64,000 nt of DNA from an uncultured Pseudomonadota bacterium (GTDB taxonomy: Bacteria; Oederibacteriota; Muellerivitia; Muellerivitales; Muellerivitaceae): the NCBI GenBank assembly GCA_963843375.1, contig CAWJKT010000001.1:1-64000 (forward strand), written 5' to 3'. The notes beneath the pieces were generated by a model. It had not been told where the DNA came from. It worked only from the letters and a program-made list of their open reading frames with translations, and made no database searches. The translations under genes were made by a program, and so were the position numbers. Every line of letters begins with the position of its first letter. The stretch's first letter is position 1. Below are positions 43,589 to 53,306 of this stretch, piece after piece.

Positions 43589-44764
43589 ATGAAGACCCAA
43601 AAATTAATGACACCGATCGCATGGGGTGTCGGCGGGATAATCGGTGTATTTGCAATGGGAAGTTTGTTCATCTCCTGCAGTCCCAAGGCCATCCCAACAG
43701 CTCCCCCTACCCCAACCAATACTCCGACGGTTACAAGGACCCCCACATCCACGGGGACGGTTACCTACACTCCAACGTTAACTCCAAGTTCCACACCTTC
43801 GGCCACTCCCACGGCCACCTATCCCCCGGGAACTTACACGCCTACGCCTCTTCCAACCTCCACGGCTTCCAGCACGCCCACTTCAACAGTCACCGCGACT
43901 GTTACAGCGACTCCGGCTGGTGGCTTGGGACCCGGATCAATCGCTTTTACGGGAATCACCTATAACGGGGACAGCCAGATCGCTTTTGTTTCTACCACCC
44001 CTATTCCCAGCGGACAGGTCATATATTTCACCAACTATACCTGGGACGCAACCCTTGGCCAATTGGTGGATGAGAGTTACAACTGTTGTTCCGACACCAG
44101 CAACGGCTTAACAGTAGTTGAAGGAATCATTTCCTATACGGCCACAAGCGGGTTATCCGCCTATAACCAGGTCGTTATCAGCAACACTGGCGACGCTTCG
44201 AACGTCCTTCAAGGCGGAGCGGTAGCTCTGGTTAATGGAAATGTTGCCGATCCGGGCGACTCTTGGTTGTTACTAAACCATAACGGAAATGGCGATAAAA
44301 TTTTAGCCTTTACGACTACCGCATCCTCTCCTAGTACCGTTACGATCACCTCTTCCAATACCACATTCCTGGGTGCCATCATCTTTGGCCCCGATTCTTG
44401 GCTTTCGACCGAACCCGTGAACGTTAATTTAAGCACTCCCTCCGCCACGGGGGTTCCACCCTTTTACGATTCCAACCTTCCACCAGGCCTGGTGAACGGC
44501 ACGACGGCCACCGATCTTTCAACTCTTTGGAATGGAGCAGCTAATTTGAGTCAATATGCGGATGTTGACGATCAAAACGACAACGCAATTGTGAACAGTT
44601 GTAACAGCAGTTTATCCGCCTTCGTGAGTCCAGCCGATTGGGACGTGGACGGGAACCAAAGTAAATCAGCCGTATGTTTGAGCGTTTACGCCAAATCAGG
44701 GGCCACGGCGGTCCAAACGCCTTGCCCCTCCGGCAGTGGAGGTTTTAGCGGAAACCTTCCTTGA
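43589..44764 (+). CDS. Putative lipoprotein with Thr/Pro linker and one 'PGSIAF' domain
   Basis: LFISC lipobox-like, long T/P stretch, LGPGSIAFTG...AFV...QVIYFTN...ISYTA...LNHNG.G.KILAFT. Confidence 0.75.
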   Translation: MKTQKLMTPIAWGVGGIIGVFAMGSLFISCSPKAIPTAPPTPTNTPTVTRTPTSTGTVTYTPTLTPSSTPSATPTATYPPGTYTPTPLPTSTASSTPTSTVTATVTATPAGGLGPGSIAFTGITYNGDSQIAFVSTTPIPSGQVIYFTNYTWDATLGQLVDESYNCCSDTSNGLTVVEGIISYTATSGLSAYNQVVISNTGDASNVLQGGAVALVNGNVADPGDSWLLLNHNGNGDKILAFTTTASSPSTVTITSSNTTFLGAIIFGPDSWLSTEPVNVNLSTPSATGVPPFYDSNLPPGLVNGTTATDLSTLWNGAANLSQYADVDDQNDNAIVNSCNSSLSAFVSPADWDVDGNQSKSAVCLSVYAKSGATAVQTPCPSGSGGFSGNLP

Positions 44765-44935
44765 ACTGGGTTCAGGGTAAAGGCTTAGTTATTTTTTGAC
44801 AGCCTATTCCATAAGTTTTTTTCAACGCCCACCGATGATTTTACCGGATTGGAGTCCTCGGTATTGGCCGAGGACCGGCCCGTCCGAGAGTTTTTAAAAC
44901 CATTAATGATTAAAGTTTTTTTAAGGAGACATTCG

Positions 44936-47161
44936 ATGAGTTCGAATCAAAAGCCGCTTGAAATCAGCCATTACATTCCCCTCTTTGGAATCCTTTTGAC
45001 CTTTGCCTTCCTAAGCTTTGGTTGCCCGGGGAAAAACAATCCCACTACTCCCACCTCCATTACGCCTACCGCGGTAGTTTCGGGTCCCTCAAGTACGGCA
45101 ACTTCAACCGCGACTAGTACTGCTACTGCGACCCCAACCCGCACGGCACTTTCTACTTCAACCACCACTCCAACTTCCTCACCCAGCCAAACGATAACAA
45201 GTTCCATTACCCCGACTGCGTCTCTCACGGTCACCTCAACCGTGATTGGAACAGCCACATCCACGGCTACCAATAGCCCAACGGGAACACCAAGTATTAC
45301 GGCGACGTCCACGTCTACGGCAACCGTTACCATTACCCCTTTGCCCAATTTGACCCCGGGCTCCATTGCCTTTAGCGCATTCGTACAAAATGGGAGCAGC
45401 GAATTTAGTTTCGTCGCGACCAACAGTTTGGTCGCCAACCAGGTGATTTATTTCACGACTAATTCCTATGATAACACTGTTGGAGGCTTGGTAAGTTTCG
45501 CGGAAGCCGATCCCAGCGGCGCTTCCGGCCAGGGCGTCACCACTGGTATTATTTCCTATACCGCTCCGACGACGGGATTAGGGTCCTATATACCAGTAGT
45601 CATAGCCAAGACCGGCAATGACTTCAGTTTGTTACAGGGCGGAACGATTGCCAATGTGTCGGGTAATGCCGGCTCAACCTATCTTGTACTTAACCATAAC
45701 GGGGAAGGGCAAAAAATATTGGCCTTTACCATTAGTGCGGGGGTTACCCAATACTTAGCGGGCTTGATTTTCGGGCCTGATACCTGGCAGACCAGCGGTT
45801 CAGTTGTCAACTACTGGGATTCCTATAACCCTCTCTCGACTTATGGCTCCACCTACACAACCGATCTCTCCGGCCTTTGGAGCAGTGATAGCCTGAGCAG
45901 TTTTGTGACGCAAGGGAACCAAAATGCCGTCCTGAACACTTGCCAAACGACTTTAGCTGGAATCGTGAATCCCACGAATTGGGTGGCGGACGGGAACATT
46001 CCAAAACCTTCTGCCCCAGGTGTTAGCAGTACCACTACGTTGGGTTTGGAATCCGGTCCACTAGCGGTTTGCGCAAATGGAAGCGCCGGCTGGACAGGCA
46101 CTCTGCCGCCTTCCAACTTTAACTACACACCAACACCTAGTGGCACCCCGTCCAACACGGAAACCTATAGTCCAACCGAAACACCCAGCGATACGGCCAC
46201 AGAAACGATTACTGGTACTTCCACCAATACTCCTCAGGTCACCAGCACCCCGTCGAACTCGCCCACCCAAACGGCGTCATTTACGGTGACTTCCACGCTT
46301 ACCAATAGCCCCACGGCAACAGTTACGAATACTCCATTACCCAATTTGACACCGGGTTCTATCGCTTTTACCGGCTTCGTTCAGAATGGAAGCAGTGAAT
46401 TCGCTTTCGTGGCACCTAGCGGCTTGAGTGCCAGCCAAGTCGTTTACTTCACTAATGAGGGCTACGATAACACCATCGGTAATTTGTTCATCAATAACGC
46501 CACGGTCGCCGCTGATTCGACGACAATTGTTGAAACTATTATTTCCTACACAGCTCCGACGACGGGGCTGGGAAGTTACGTTCCCGTGGTTATCTCCAAA
46601 GTCGCCAATGACCCCAACCTGTTGCAGGGTGGGACTGCGTCGGGCAACCTTACGCTTAACCACAATGGGCTAGGACATAAGATTCTGGCCTTTACGGTCA
46701 GCGCGGGCGTCACTGAATATGTGGCAGGCTTGATTTTTGGGCCGGATAGCTGGCTCCCGAACGCCACGGAACCAGTTACCTTTTACGATTCGAACCTTCC
46801 ACCGGGGTTGAGTTCCACAACTACTACTGATCTTTCAAGTGCTTGGAACAGCAACAGCCTTGAAAGCGTAGCGGCCGAAGGCAACGATAACGCGGTCTTG
46901 AACACCTGCGAATCGACTTTGTCGGCGGTCGTAAACCCCTCCAATTGGGTGGTTGATGGGAATATTCCGACTTATAGCGCTTCAAAACCCACCGCCAGTT
47001 TGGGCTTGGATTCAGGTCCCTTGGTCGTTTGCGCGAGTGGCAGCGCTGGTTGGACGGGCACCATGCCCCCCACCAACTATGACTACACATCAACACCCAC
47101 CAATACACCAACTGAAACCGCTACGGATACTCCCACTCCCACGCCTTCAGCAACTCCCTAA
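44936..47161 (+). CDS. Putative lipoprotein with Thr/Ser/Pro linkers and two tandem 'PGSIAF' domains
   Basis: AAGGAG RBS before ATG 44936, FLSFGC lipobox; repeats begin near 45340 and 46336 and are similar at DNA level. Confidence 0.78.
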   Translation: MSSNQKPLEISHYIPLFGILLTFAFLSFGCPGKNNPTTPTSITPTAVVSGPSSTATSTATSTATATPTRTALSTSTTTPTSSPSQTITSSITPTASLTVTSTVIGTATSTATNSPTGTPSITATSTSTATVTITPLPNLTPGSIAFSAFVQNGSSEFSFVATNSLVANQVIYFTTNSYDNTVGGLVSFAEADPSGASGQGVTTGIISYTAPTTGLGSYIPVVIAKTGNDFSLLQGGTIANVSGNAGSTYLVLNHNGEGQKILAFTISAGVTQYLAGLIFGPDTWQTSGSVVNYWDSYNPLSTYGSTYTTDLSGLWSSDSLSSFVTQGNQNAVLNTCQTTLAGIVNPTNWVADGNIPKPSAPGVSSTTTLGLESGPLAVCANGSAGWTGTLPPSNFNYTPTPSGTPSNTETYSPTETPSDTATETITGTSTNTPQVTSTPSNSPTQTASFTVTSTLTNSPTATVTNTPLPNLTPGSIAFTGFVQNGSSEFAFVAPSGLSASQVVYFTNEGYDNTIGNLFINNATVAADSTTIVETIISYTAPTTGLGSYVPVVISKVANDPNLLQGGTASGNLTLNHNGLGHKILAFTVSAGVTEYVAGLIFGPDSWLPNATEPVTFYDSNLPPGLSSTTTTDLSSAWNSNSLESVAAEGNDNAVLNTCESTLSAVVNPSNWVVDGNIPTYSASKPTASLGLDSGPLVVCASGSAGWTGTMPPTNYDYTSTPTNTPTETATDTPTPTPSATP

Positions 47162-47186
47162 ATATAGGGATTAGTCGAAAGTTATG

Positions 47187-47218
47187 GCCCGGGGATAATC
47201 ACCACGGGCTTTTCTTTT
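47187..47218 (+). terminator. Probable intrinsic terminator
   Basis: GCCCG-GG...CC-A-CGGGC stem followed by TTTTCTTTT. Confidence 0.55.
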
Positions 47219-47258
47219 CCAATCCAAGAAACATTAATTCATTTTAAGGGAGGCAAGA

Positions 47259-48650
47259 ATGCGTTCAGGATTGCATCGGTTCGTTAAGGTTCCGCTTGTA
47301 TTGGCTGTCTTATTAGTCAGTATTCCATCGGTTTGGGCGGGGGGACTGCCTTGGACAGCGTCCCAACAGGAGGGTACCTTCCTTATTTTGGCAGACATCC
47401 ATTTCGATCCTTATGCGGACACCTCACTGGTTCCTAAACTGGCGGCTTCGCCGGTCGACCAATGGCAGTCCATCCTCGAGACCTCCAAAATCACCCAATT
47501 TTCTGCCTATGGAAAAGACACCAACTATCCTCTCTTTGAATCAAGCCTCGAAGCTGCGGCCCGGTTGGACGAGAATTGTGATTATGTCCTGGTGAACGGA
47601 GATTATATTTCCCACCACTTCCGGGCCGATTTTACCAAAAACCTCCACGGTGATGAAAAGGCCTACCAGGATTTCGTTCTGAAGACGGTGGTTTTCGTTA
47701 GCCGTCAAATCCAGCAGGCTTTTCCTCATGTACCGGTTTATTTCTGTCTTGGTAACAACGACTCGGACTGTGACGATTATGGCGGTATCACCCCGGACTC
47801 TCCCTTCCTTCCCGCATTGGCAAAAGAATGGACGACGGTTGCCAACGACCCGGAGGCGGTTAAAACCTTTCTGCTGGGCGGTTATTACACGGTGGCCCAT
47901 CCCACCCTCAAAGGAAGGAGGTTCGTGGTTTTCAACGATGTGTCCTGGTCCAAAAAGTACGAACCTGCCTGCCACACTCCAGGGACGATCGGGGAAGACG
48001 AGATGAACTGGCTATCCGGCGTCCTACAGGAGGCTCGGCAAAAAAGGGAAAGGGTAACCCTTATCACCCACATGCCCCCGGGCATCAATGGCCGCAACGC
48101 CACCGAACACACGGACCGCACCACCAAACCCCAGCATACCTTTTATGACCCGGGCTATCTCTGGCCCTTTCTCAACGCACTAGCCCCTTACAGGGACCTG
48201 ATCGACGCCGAGTTCACAGGCCATACCCACATGGATGACTTTCGGGTGATGGTCGACCGGCAGGGCAAACCAGCATTCTTTACGCATATCGCCCCGGCGG
48301 TGAGTCCGGTACACCATAACAATCCAGGATTCCAGGTCATGTTGTACAACAAGGAAAGCGGGAATCTGGAAGACATGGCCACCTATTTTGTTCCCCTAGA
48401 CAAGCCGGGAACCCCATGGAAACTTGAATATGATTTCAAGGAGGCCTATTCGCTCTCCTCCTACAATATGGACAGCTTGATTACCCTAGCCAATGCCATC
48501 GAAAACGACCCGAAAGTTCGGTCACGGTTTATTCAATATATGTCGGTATCTTGTACTGACGACCCGCCCGCGACTATGACGAACTGGAGATTCTTTGGTT
48601 GCGCGCACTTGAACATGGATCCCGACTCATACAAGAATTGTTACCAATAA
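47259..48650 (+). CDS. Secreted metallophosphoesterase, acid-sphingomyelinase/SMPDL3-like
   Basis: ADIHFDP, GDYISH, LGNND, THMPPG, GHTHMDDFR, SP.H.NNPGF, W.LEYDF..AY. Confidence 0.85.
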   Translation: MRSGLHRFVKVPLVLAVLLVSIPSVWAGGLPWTASQQEGTFLILADIHFDPYADTSLVPKLAASPVDQWQSILETSKITQFSAYGKDTNYPLFESSLEAAARLDENCDYVLVNGDYISHHFRADFTKNLHGDEKAYQDFVLKTVVFVSRQIQQAFPHVPVYFCLGNNDSDCDDYGGITPDSPFLPALAKEWTTVANDPEAVKTFLLGGYYTVAHPTLKGRRFVVFNDVSWSKKYEPACHTPGTIGEDEMNWLSGVLQEARQKRERVTLITHMPPGINGRNATEHTDRTTKPQHTFYDPGYLWPFLNALAPYRDLIDAEFTGHTHMDDFRVMVDRQGKPAFFTHIAPAVSPVHHNNPGFQVMLYNKESGNLEDMATYFVPLDKPGTPWKLEYDFKEAYSLSSYNMDSLITLANAIENDPKVRSRFIQYMSVSCTDDPPATMTNWRFFGCAHLNMDPDSYKNCYQ

Positions 48651-48889
48651 GCGGGTAAACTTGGAACAAATCGTTTTCCCGCTGTACATCTTGGAAGCCG
48701 TCCTTCTTTTGGGGAAAACAAGGCGGAGAAATTCTCAAAAACGAGGGAAATATTTGCGTTTTTGAATCAACAGCTTTTCCGAAGGTTCAATTTAACCTAT
48801 CCCGTCAGCCGACTTTTTGATTTTTTTGGTACAATCATATTCGATCCATTTTAGAGGGCAACGAGCCTAACCTTTTTGATGGGGAGGAT

Positions 48890-50410
48890 ATGATGATAAA
48901 AAGCCCTTTCCTGTTTGGTTTGTTATTTTTTACTTGTTTCATTCCGAAGGTCCTCTTCGCCGTACCTAATCCCTTTCAGCAAGTGGTTACTCTCAATACC
49001 GGCGTCAGCCCCCGGGGTGTAGCCACCGGCGACGTCTTCGGCAACGGAACCACAGATTTAATCGTCGCAAATTTCGGATCACCTACGTTCATCGGGCAAT
49101 CAACCCCCGCCTCCGTTTTGGCCCTCGGCAATTCATCCATTCAAATTTTTGTCCCCTCGCCGAACGGCTTGGTTTCGGCTGGGACAATCCCCACAGCCTC
49201 CAGTCCGAGGGGCCTTTCCACGTTTAAATTAATACCCGGGGAAGCCGATGATATCCTGGTGACAGGTTACGACGCCAACTTGGTCCAAATCTTCGGATGG
49301 CAGGGCGAGAAGTTTACTCAAATTGACCAAGCGCCGACCATGAATATGCCCGTTGGGGTCGCGGCTGGACTTACTCGGCCAGGTGGGACGCCCTTTGTCG
49401 TTGTCGCCGATTTCGGTACGAACAGCATTTCTATCTACCCGGTAAAAAATGGAAAGCTTGGCGCGAGAACCGACATCCCGGTGGATGGAGGCCCGACCCA
49501 AGTGGCCGTGGGAAACTTGAGCGGATCGGGATTCAACGAGATCGCGGTGGTCTGTCTCACGTCGGACAAGATAGACCTGCTGGCCGTGAAAAGCGACGAT
49601 CCTTCCACCTATGCCACGCTTCCTTCCCTCAGCCTTCCGCAGAACAGCGCGCCGTCGGATTTAAAATTAGCAGACCTGAACCACGATGGGAAAACCGACA
49701 TGGTCGTTTCGGATTTCTCCACCAACTCGATTACGGTTTATCTGCAACAGCCGGGCGGTAACCTCCTGCCCCAGGCCCCCGTGGCAACCAGCGGGAGCCA
49801 TCCCAATGGCTTGACCGTGGCTGACCTCACTGGACAAGGAAGCCCGAACATCATCGTGGCAAACCGGGATTCGAATTCCTTGGATATTTTCCAGTGGTCG
49901 GGCCTTCAATTTGTCCTCAACCAGACTTTAAAAGTCTCGCAGGATTCCGCGGTCACTTTTGGGCCCGTGGAAGTGGCAGCCCTGGACGTGACCGGACAGG
50001 GAAGCATGGCCCTGGCCACCAGTCATATGAGTTCCAACAGTCTTAAAGTTTTGCCTCTGAATATCACGGCCCAGCCGGCCTCAATTCCTCTGGGCAACTC
50101 TAATTTGAACGGAGGGGGTGTTTTTTCAGCGGAGTCCACCTATTGTTTCCCCAACCCGGCCCGCGGAGGGGACGTCAAATTTACTTTCCAACTGCCTTCG
50201 CCTTCGGTGGTGGAAATACGGGTTTTCGATATTACAGGCGCAGCCGTTTGGAGTGAAACCTTGCAGGCCTCCCAAACCCAGGCGGGAACCAATAACGTGG
50301 ATTGGAACTTGACCAACTACGGGGGCACAAAATTAGCCAGCGGAATGTATGTATACAGCCTCACAATCGGTGGCCAAACAATAACCCGAAAATTGGCAGT
50401 CATTCACTAA
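48890..50410 (+). CDS. Secreted FG-GAP/VCBS-repeat protein with a C-terminal FlgD-Ig / T9SS-type-A-like domain
   Basis: Repeats such as DLNHDGKTDMVVS and P.GVA.GD; C-terminus YCFPNP...IRVFDITG...WN...LASGMY...TRKLAVIH. Confidence 0.8.
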   Translation: MMIKSPFLFGLLFFTCFIPKVLFAVPNPFQQVVTLNTGVSPRGVATGDVFGNGTTDLIVANFGSPTFIGQSTPASVLALGNSSIQIFVPSPNGLVSAGTIPTASSPRGLSTFKLIPGEADDILVTGYDANLVQIFGWQGEKFTQIDQAPTMNMPVGVAAGLTRPGGTPFVVVADFGTNSISIYPVKNGKLGARTDIPVDGGPTQVAVGNLSGSGFNEIAVVCLTSDKIDLLAVKSDDPSTYATLPSLSLPQNSAPSDLKLADLNHDGKTDMVVSDFSTNSITVYLQQPGGNLLPQAPVATSGSHPNGLTVADLTGQGSPNIIVANRDSNSLDIFQWSGLQFVLNQTLKVSQDSAVTFGPVEVAALDVTGQGSMALATSHMSSNSLKVLPLNITAQPASIPLGNSNLNGGGVFSAESTYCFPNPARGGDVKFTFQLPSPSVVEIRVFDITGAAVWSETLQASQTQAGTNNVDWNLTNYGGTKLASGMYVYSLTIGGQTITRKLAVIH

Positions 50411-50434
50411 AGCTGAGGTTGGCTTCGGCTTTTT
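50410..50434. terminator. Possible bidirectional terminator between convergent genes
   Basis: AAAGCTGAGG / CTTCGGCTTT stem followed by T run. Confidence 0.5.
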
Positions 50435-53114
50435 AACGAACATCCGATGGGGTGATGCCCTTATGTCCAAGGATTTCGGATAAAGGCTTGTCTTTCTTGA
50501 CCTCTAAAAGATAGTGATACAACTCCTTATCATCCGGGGTCAGGAAACGGGAAGGATCGGGGAGCTGATAGGGCCGGTCATCCGATTTGTCCGTGAAGAT
50601 GGAAAAAAGAGGGGCGGCTAGGCCGTCGTTCATGTTCAAGGGGTCCAAACCCAGGATCAGCTCCATCGTCCTCAAGAGGCCCAACTGGTCATAAAGGTCG
50701 CTGACCACTGTTCGGCGTTTCACGTAAGGGCCCGCGCAAAGGGCGAAACTTCGCATGGCATCCACATGGTCGGGCCCGTTTTGCGAATCATCCTCGATGC
50801 AAACCACCAGGCTTTCCTTCCAGATGGGGCTCTTCGACAAGGTATCCAAAATCGCCCCTACCGCCGCGTCGTTCTGGGCCACTAATTGGTTGGGATTCAA
50901 GGATTTGGGGTCCATTCCCGCTGTATGGTCGTTGGGAAGCCAGATGTACTGTAAGGAAAAAACCCGGCCGCTTTCGACCTGGCGGTTGAAATCATCCTGC
51001 CAAACCGCCACCCGTTTCAAGTCGGAATAGGCTAGGTCCCACCCCAAAAAATTGAAGGAGCAGTGGTAGAGAAAATTCGCCCATTGGGACTTGAAAGCCG
51101 GATACGCTTCGATGGCCTGCCCCAAGCTTTTGTCCCCGCTGTAAAAGGCGGAGAATTTCTGGAGGAAATCCGGATCATCCAAAAGCTTGAAGCAATCGTC
51201 CCTAGTGGAATTCCTTCCCTTATAACCTTTCATCATGTCCTGGAACGCCGTATCCCTGACTTTGTCCTTGGATAATTCCATGAACCGGTCGTAGCACTTG
51301 CGAGCCAGAGGACTGTCCTCGCCGAATTTGTCAGTAAGGAGCCGGTATGGTTTGCAGAAAAAGTAATAGTCCTCACCGTAAATACGGTAATCTACCGACT
51401 TGGCATCCATGGCGTCCCAAAGGTAACTGGGGGAAAAGGTGAAAGGAACCGTGCCAAATGGCCAGAAATCCTCGTTCTTCCGGGAGTTCTTGGCGTCCCG
51501 GGCGCCTAGCCTTCCGGAATAATCATCCATGCCAAGCCATTCCAGGAAGGGGCTGGCATAGCCGCTGGTGGTGTAGCTGTGGCCCAGGACGCTGATTTCC
51601 CCATCCACGTAGAAATTGTCCAGATTGACGAAATCCTCGGCTAGGCGGTGGTGGTTGGGGGTCACCTCATTGCCGAAGAGGCAAAGGTTCTTATCCGCGT
51701 TGCCGCTTCTCATATCTCCCAGCACCTGGTCGTAAGTGCGGTTTTCTTTAACTATATAAAATATATATTTTATCGGCAGTTTGATTCCTTGCGCGGGGTC
51801 ATAAATGGGTGAGGCGCTGGTGACCGTCTGGGTCCAATCCGAAAGGTTCGAGTCCAAATCTTCCAAGGGAATAGTTCCCAAGGCGCCCTTGAGCAGGGTG
51901 AGCACGTAACCGGGTTCCTCGCGTTTTTTGGTGGGCTGGGGGCCGTTGGGATTGGGCCGGCGCTCGTGAATGCCTTTGGCGCTGAGGGTATAAATGTTAT
52001 TTTCGTCACCCGTGACGCAGGTGGGATACCAGCCGGTAGGAATATAACTTTCCACTTTGCCATTTTTCGTGTCCATGACCGCTACGGCGTTGTAGCGGGA
52101 GAGGGTGACATAAAGCCGGCCGTCTTTCACGAAACCGGAGGTAGGGGCGGCACCGAATTTAAAAGCGCCCTGGCGCAAATTCCAAGTGCCTGTTTTTTTT
52201 AGAGTCAGGGTGTTGATGACGGAGATCTCGTCCGAATTCTGGTTCATGACGTAAAGCCTGTGTCGGGCCGGGTCCGCCGCGAAAGCGGTGGGGTTGGTTC
52301 CCGCCCGGAGGGTGGCCAGGAGGGACAAACGGCCCGCTTTCAACGCGTAAGCCGCTACTTGGTTATCCTGAAGAAGACTGACCCATAACTTCCCATCCTG
52401 ATACTCCAAGGCGTATGGCATCCGGCCACAGTCCAACTCATCCTTTACTTCGCCTGTTTCCGTATTGAGCAGGGCCAGGCGGCCCCGGGTCTTGTAACCT
52501 CCCTTGCTGTCGTCCAAGAGAAGATAAGCCACCGCTAAGGTTTTTTTGTCCAGGGGGATAAGGCCGGCGGTGAAACCGTTGACGGTGAAATCCTTTTTTT
52601 CCTCGAAATTCCTGTCATAGCCCCGGATGGTCTGGTCATAACCGCCGCTCACGTATAGGTGGCCGTCCGGACTGACCCGGGCGCAGGGAAAGAGGGAAGG
52701 GGTGGTAAAAGTTTTCAACAACTTGTCGCCGTTCCCGCTTACAACCGATATTTCCGGGTTTGTCTCCACATAATATCCGTTGTTCAAGACCACCAGGTTT
52801 CCCGCAAATGGGGTAATAACCATTGGATACCGGCCCAATTCCAATTGTTTTCCAGCGGGGGCCATCCGCCAGCCGTTGGGGAGAGTGACTTCGGTTGGGA
52901 CGGTATTACGGGATTCCTCGTGCTTCACCTCAAGGTTTTTTTGAACAACTTCATAGGAGGTGTTTTTGGCGAACCGCCAGATTTCGGCGTTCAGCTTTTG
53001 TTCCTGGCCGGGGACATCCAAGCCAGGTGTATCGTCGTCATCCAGGGCTTGGGCGGGAAGACAGGCCCCCAGGAAGCCTATTAAAAAAACGAAAATAAAG
53101 TGGGAATAAATCAT
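50433..53114 (-). CDS. Secreted YncE beta-propeller / alkaline-phosphatase-superfamily phosphoesterase
   Basis: LPNGWRMAPAG, IPTGWYP, YIVKENRTYDQVLGD, TPNHHRLA..F..LDNFY, LPNDHT, EDDSQNGPDHVDA. Confidence 0.85.
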   Translation of the reverse strand: MIYSHFIFVFLIGFLGACLPAQALDDDDTPGLDVPGQEQKLNAEIWRFAKNTSYEVVQKNLEVKHEESRNTVPTEVTLPNGWRMAPAGKQLELGRYPMVITPFAGNLVVLNNGYYVETNPEISVVSGNGDKLLKTFTTPSLFPCARVSPDGHLYVSGGYDQTIRGYDRNFEEKKDFTVNGFTAGLIPLDKKTLAVAYLLLDDSKGGYKTRGRLALLNTETGEVKDELDCGRMPYALEYQDGKLWVSLLQDNQVAAYALKAGRLSLLATLRAGTNPTAFAADPARHRLYVMNQNSDEISVINTLTLKKTGTWNLRQGAFKFGAAPTSGFVKDGRLYVTLSRYNAVAVMDTKNGKVESYIPTGWYPTCVTGDENNIYTLSAKGIHERRPNPNGPQPTKKREEPGYVLTLLKGALGTIPLEDLDSNLSDWTQTVTSASPIYDPAQGIKLPIKYIFYIVKENRTYDQVLGDMRSGNADKNLCLFGNEVTPNHHRLAEDFVNLDNFYVDGEISVLGHSYTTSGYASPFLEWLGMDDYSGRLGARDAKNSRKNEDFWPFGTVPFTFSPSYLWDAMDAKSVDYRIYGEDYYFFCKPYRLLTDKFGEDSPLARKCYDRFMELSKDKVRDTAFQDMMKGYKGRNSTRDDCFKLLDDPDFLQKFSAFYSGDKSLGQAIEAYPAFKSQWANFLYHCSFNFLGWDLAYSDLKRVAVWQDDFNRQVESGRVFSLQYIWLPNDHTAGMDPKSLNPNQLVAQNDAAVGAILDTLSKSPIWKESLVVCIEDDSQNGPDHVDAMRSFALCAGPYVKRRTVVSDLYDQLGLLRTMELILGLDPLNMNDGLAAPLFSIFTDKSDDRPYQLPDPSRFLTPDDKELYHYLLEVKKDKPLSEILGHKGITPSDVR

Positions 53115-53306
53115 TCCAAACCACCTTTTGCCGGTTTTAGGGAATCTATATAAAATGTATTTTCATTTTAAAAAGCCACAGTGGCGATAGAAAACTTGTT
53201 AATTACAAGTGAATTTATTCCCTTAAAACTAAGTCGAATAAACCCGAATTATCGTCTAAAGTAACGAGACCTCAAACGACGAAGTCCTCTTTTTGAAAGG
53301 TGTCTT

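Noticed and set aside
43690..47160. Repetitive DNA as a CRISPR array or tandem repeat
   Set aside because: The repetition comes from Thr/Pro/Ser codons and domain duplication. I saw no repeat-spacer array or cas gene in the window.
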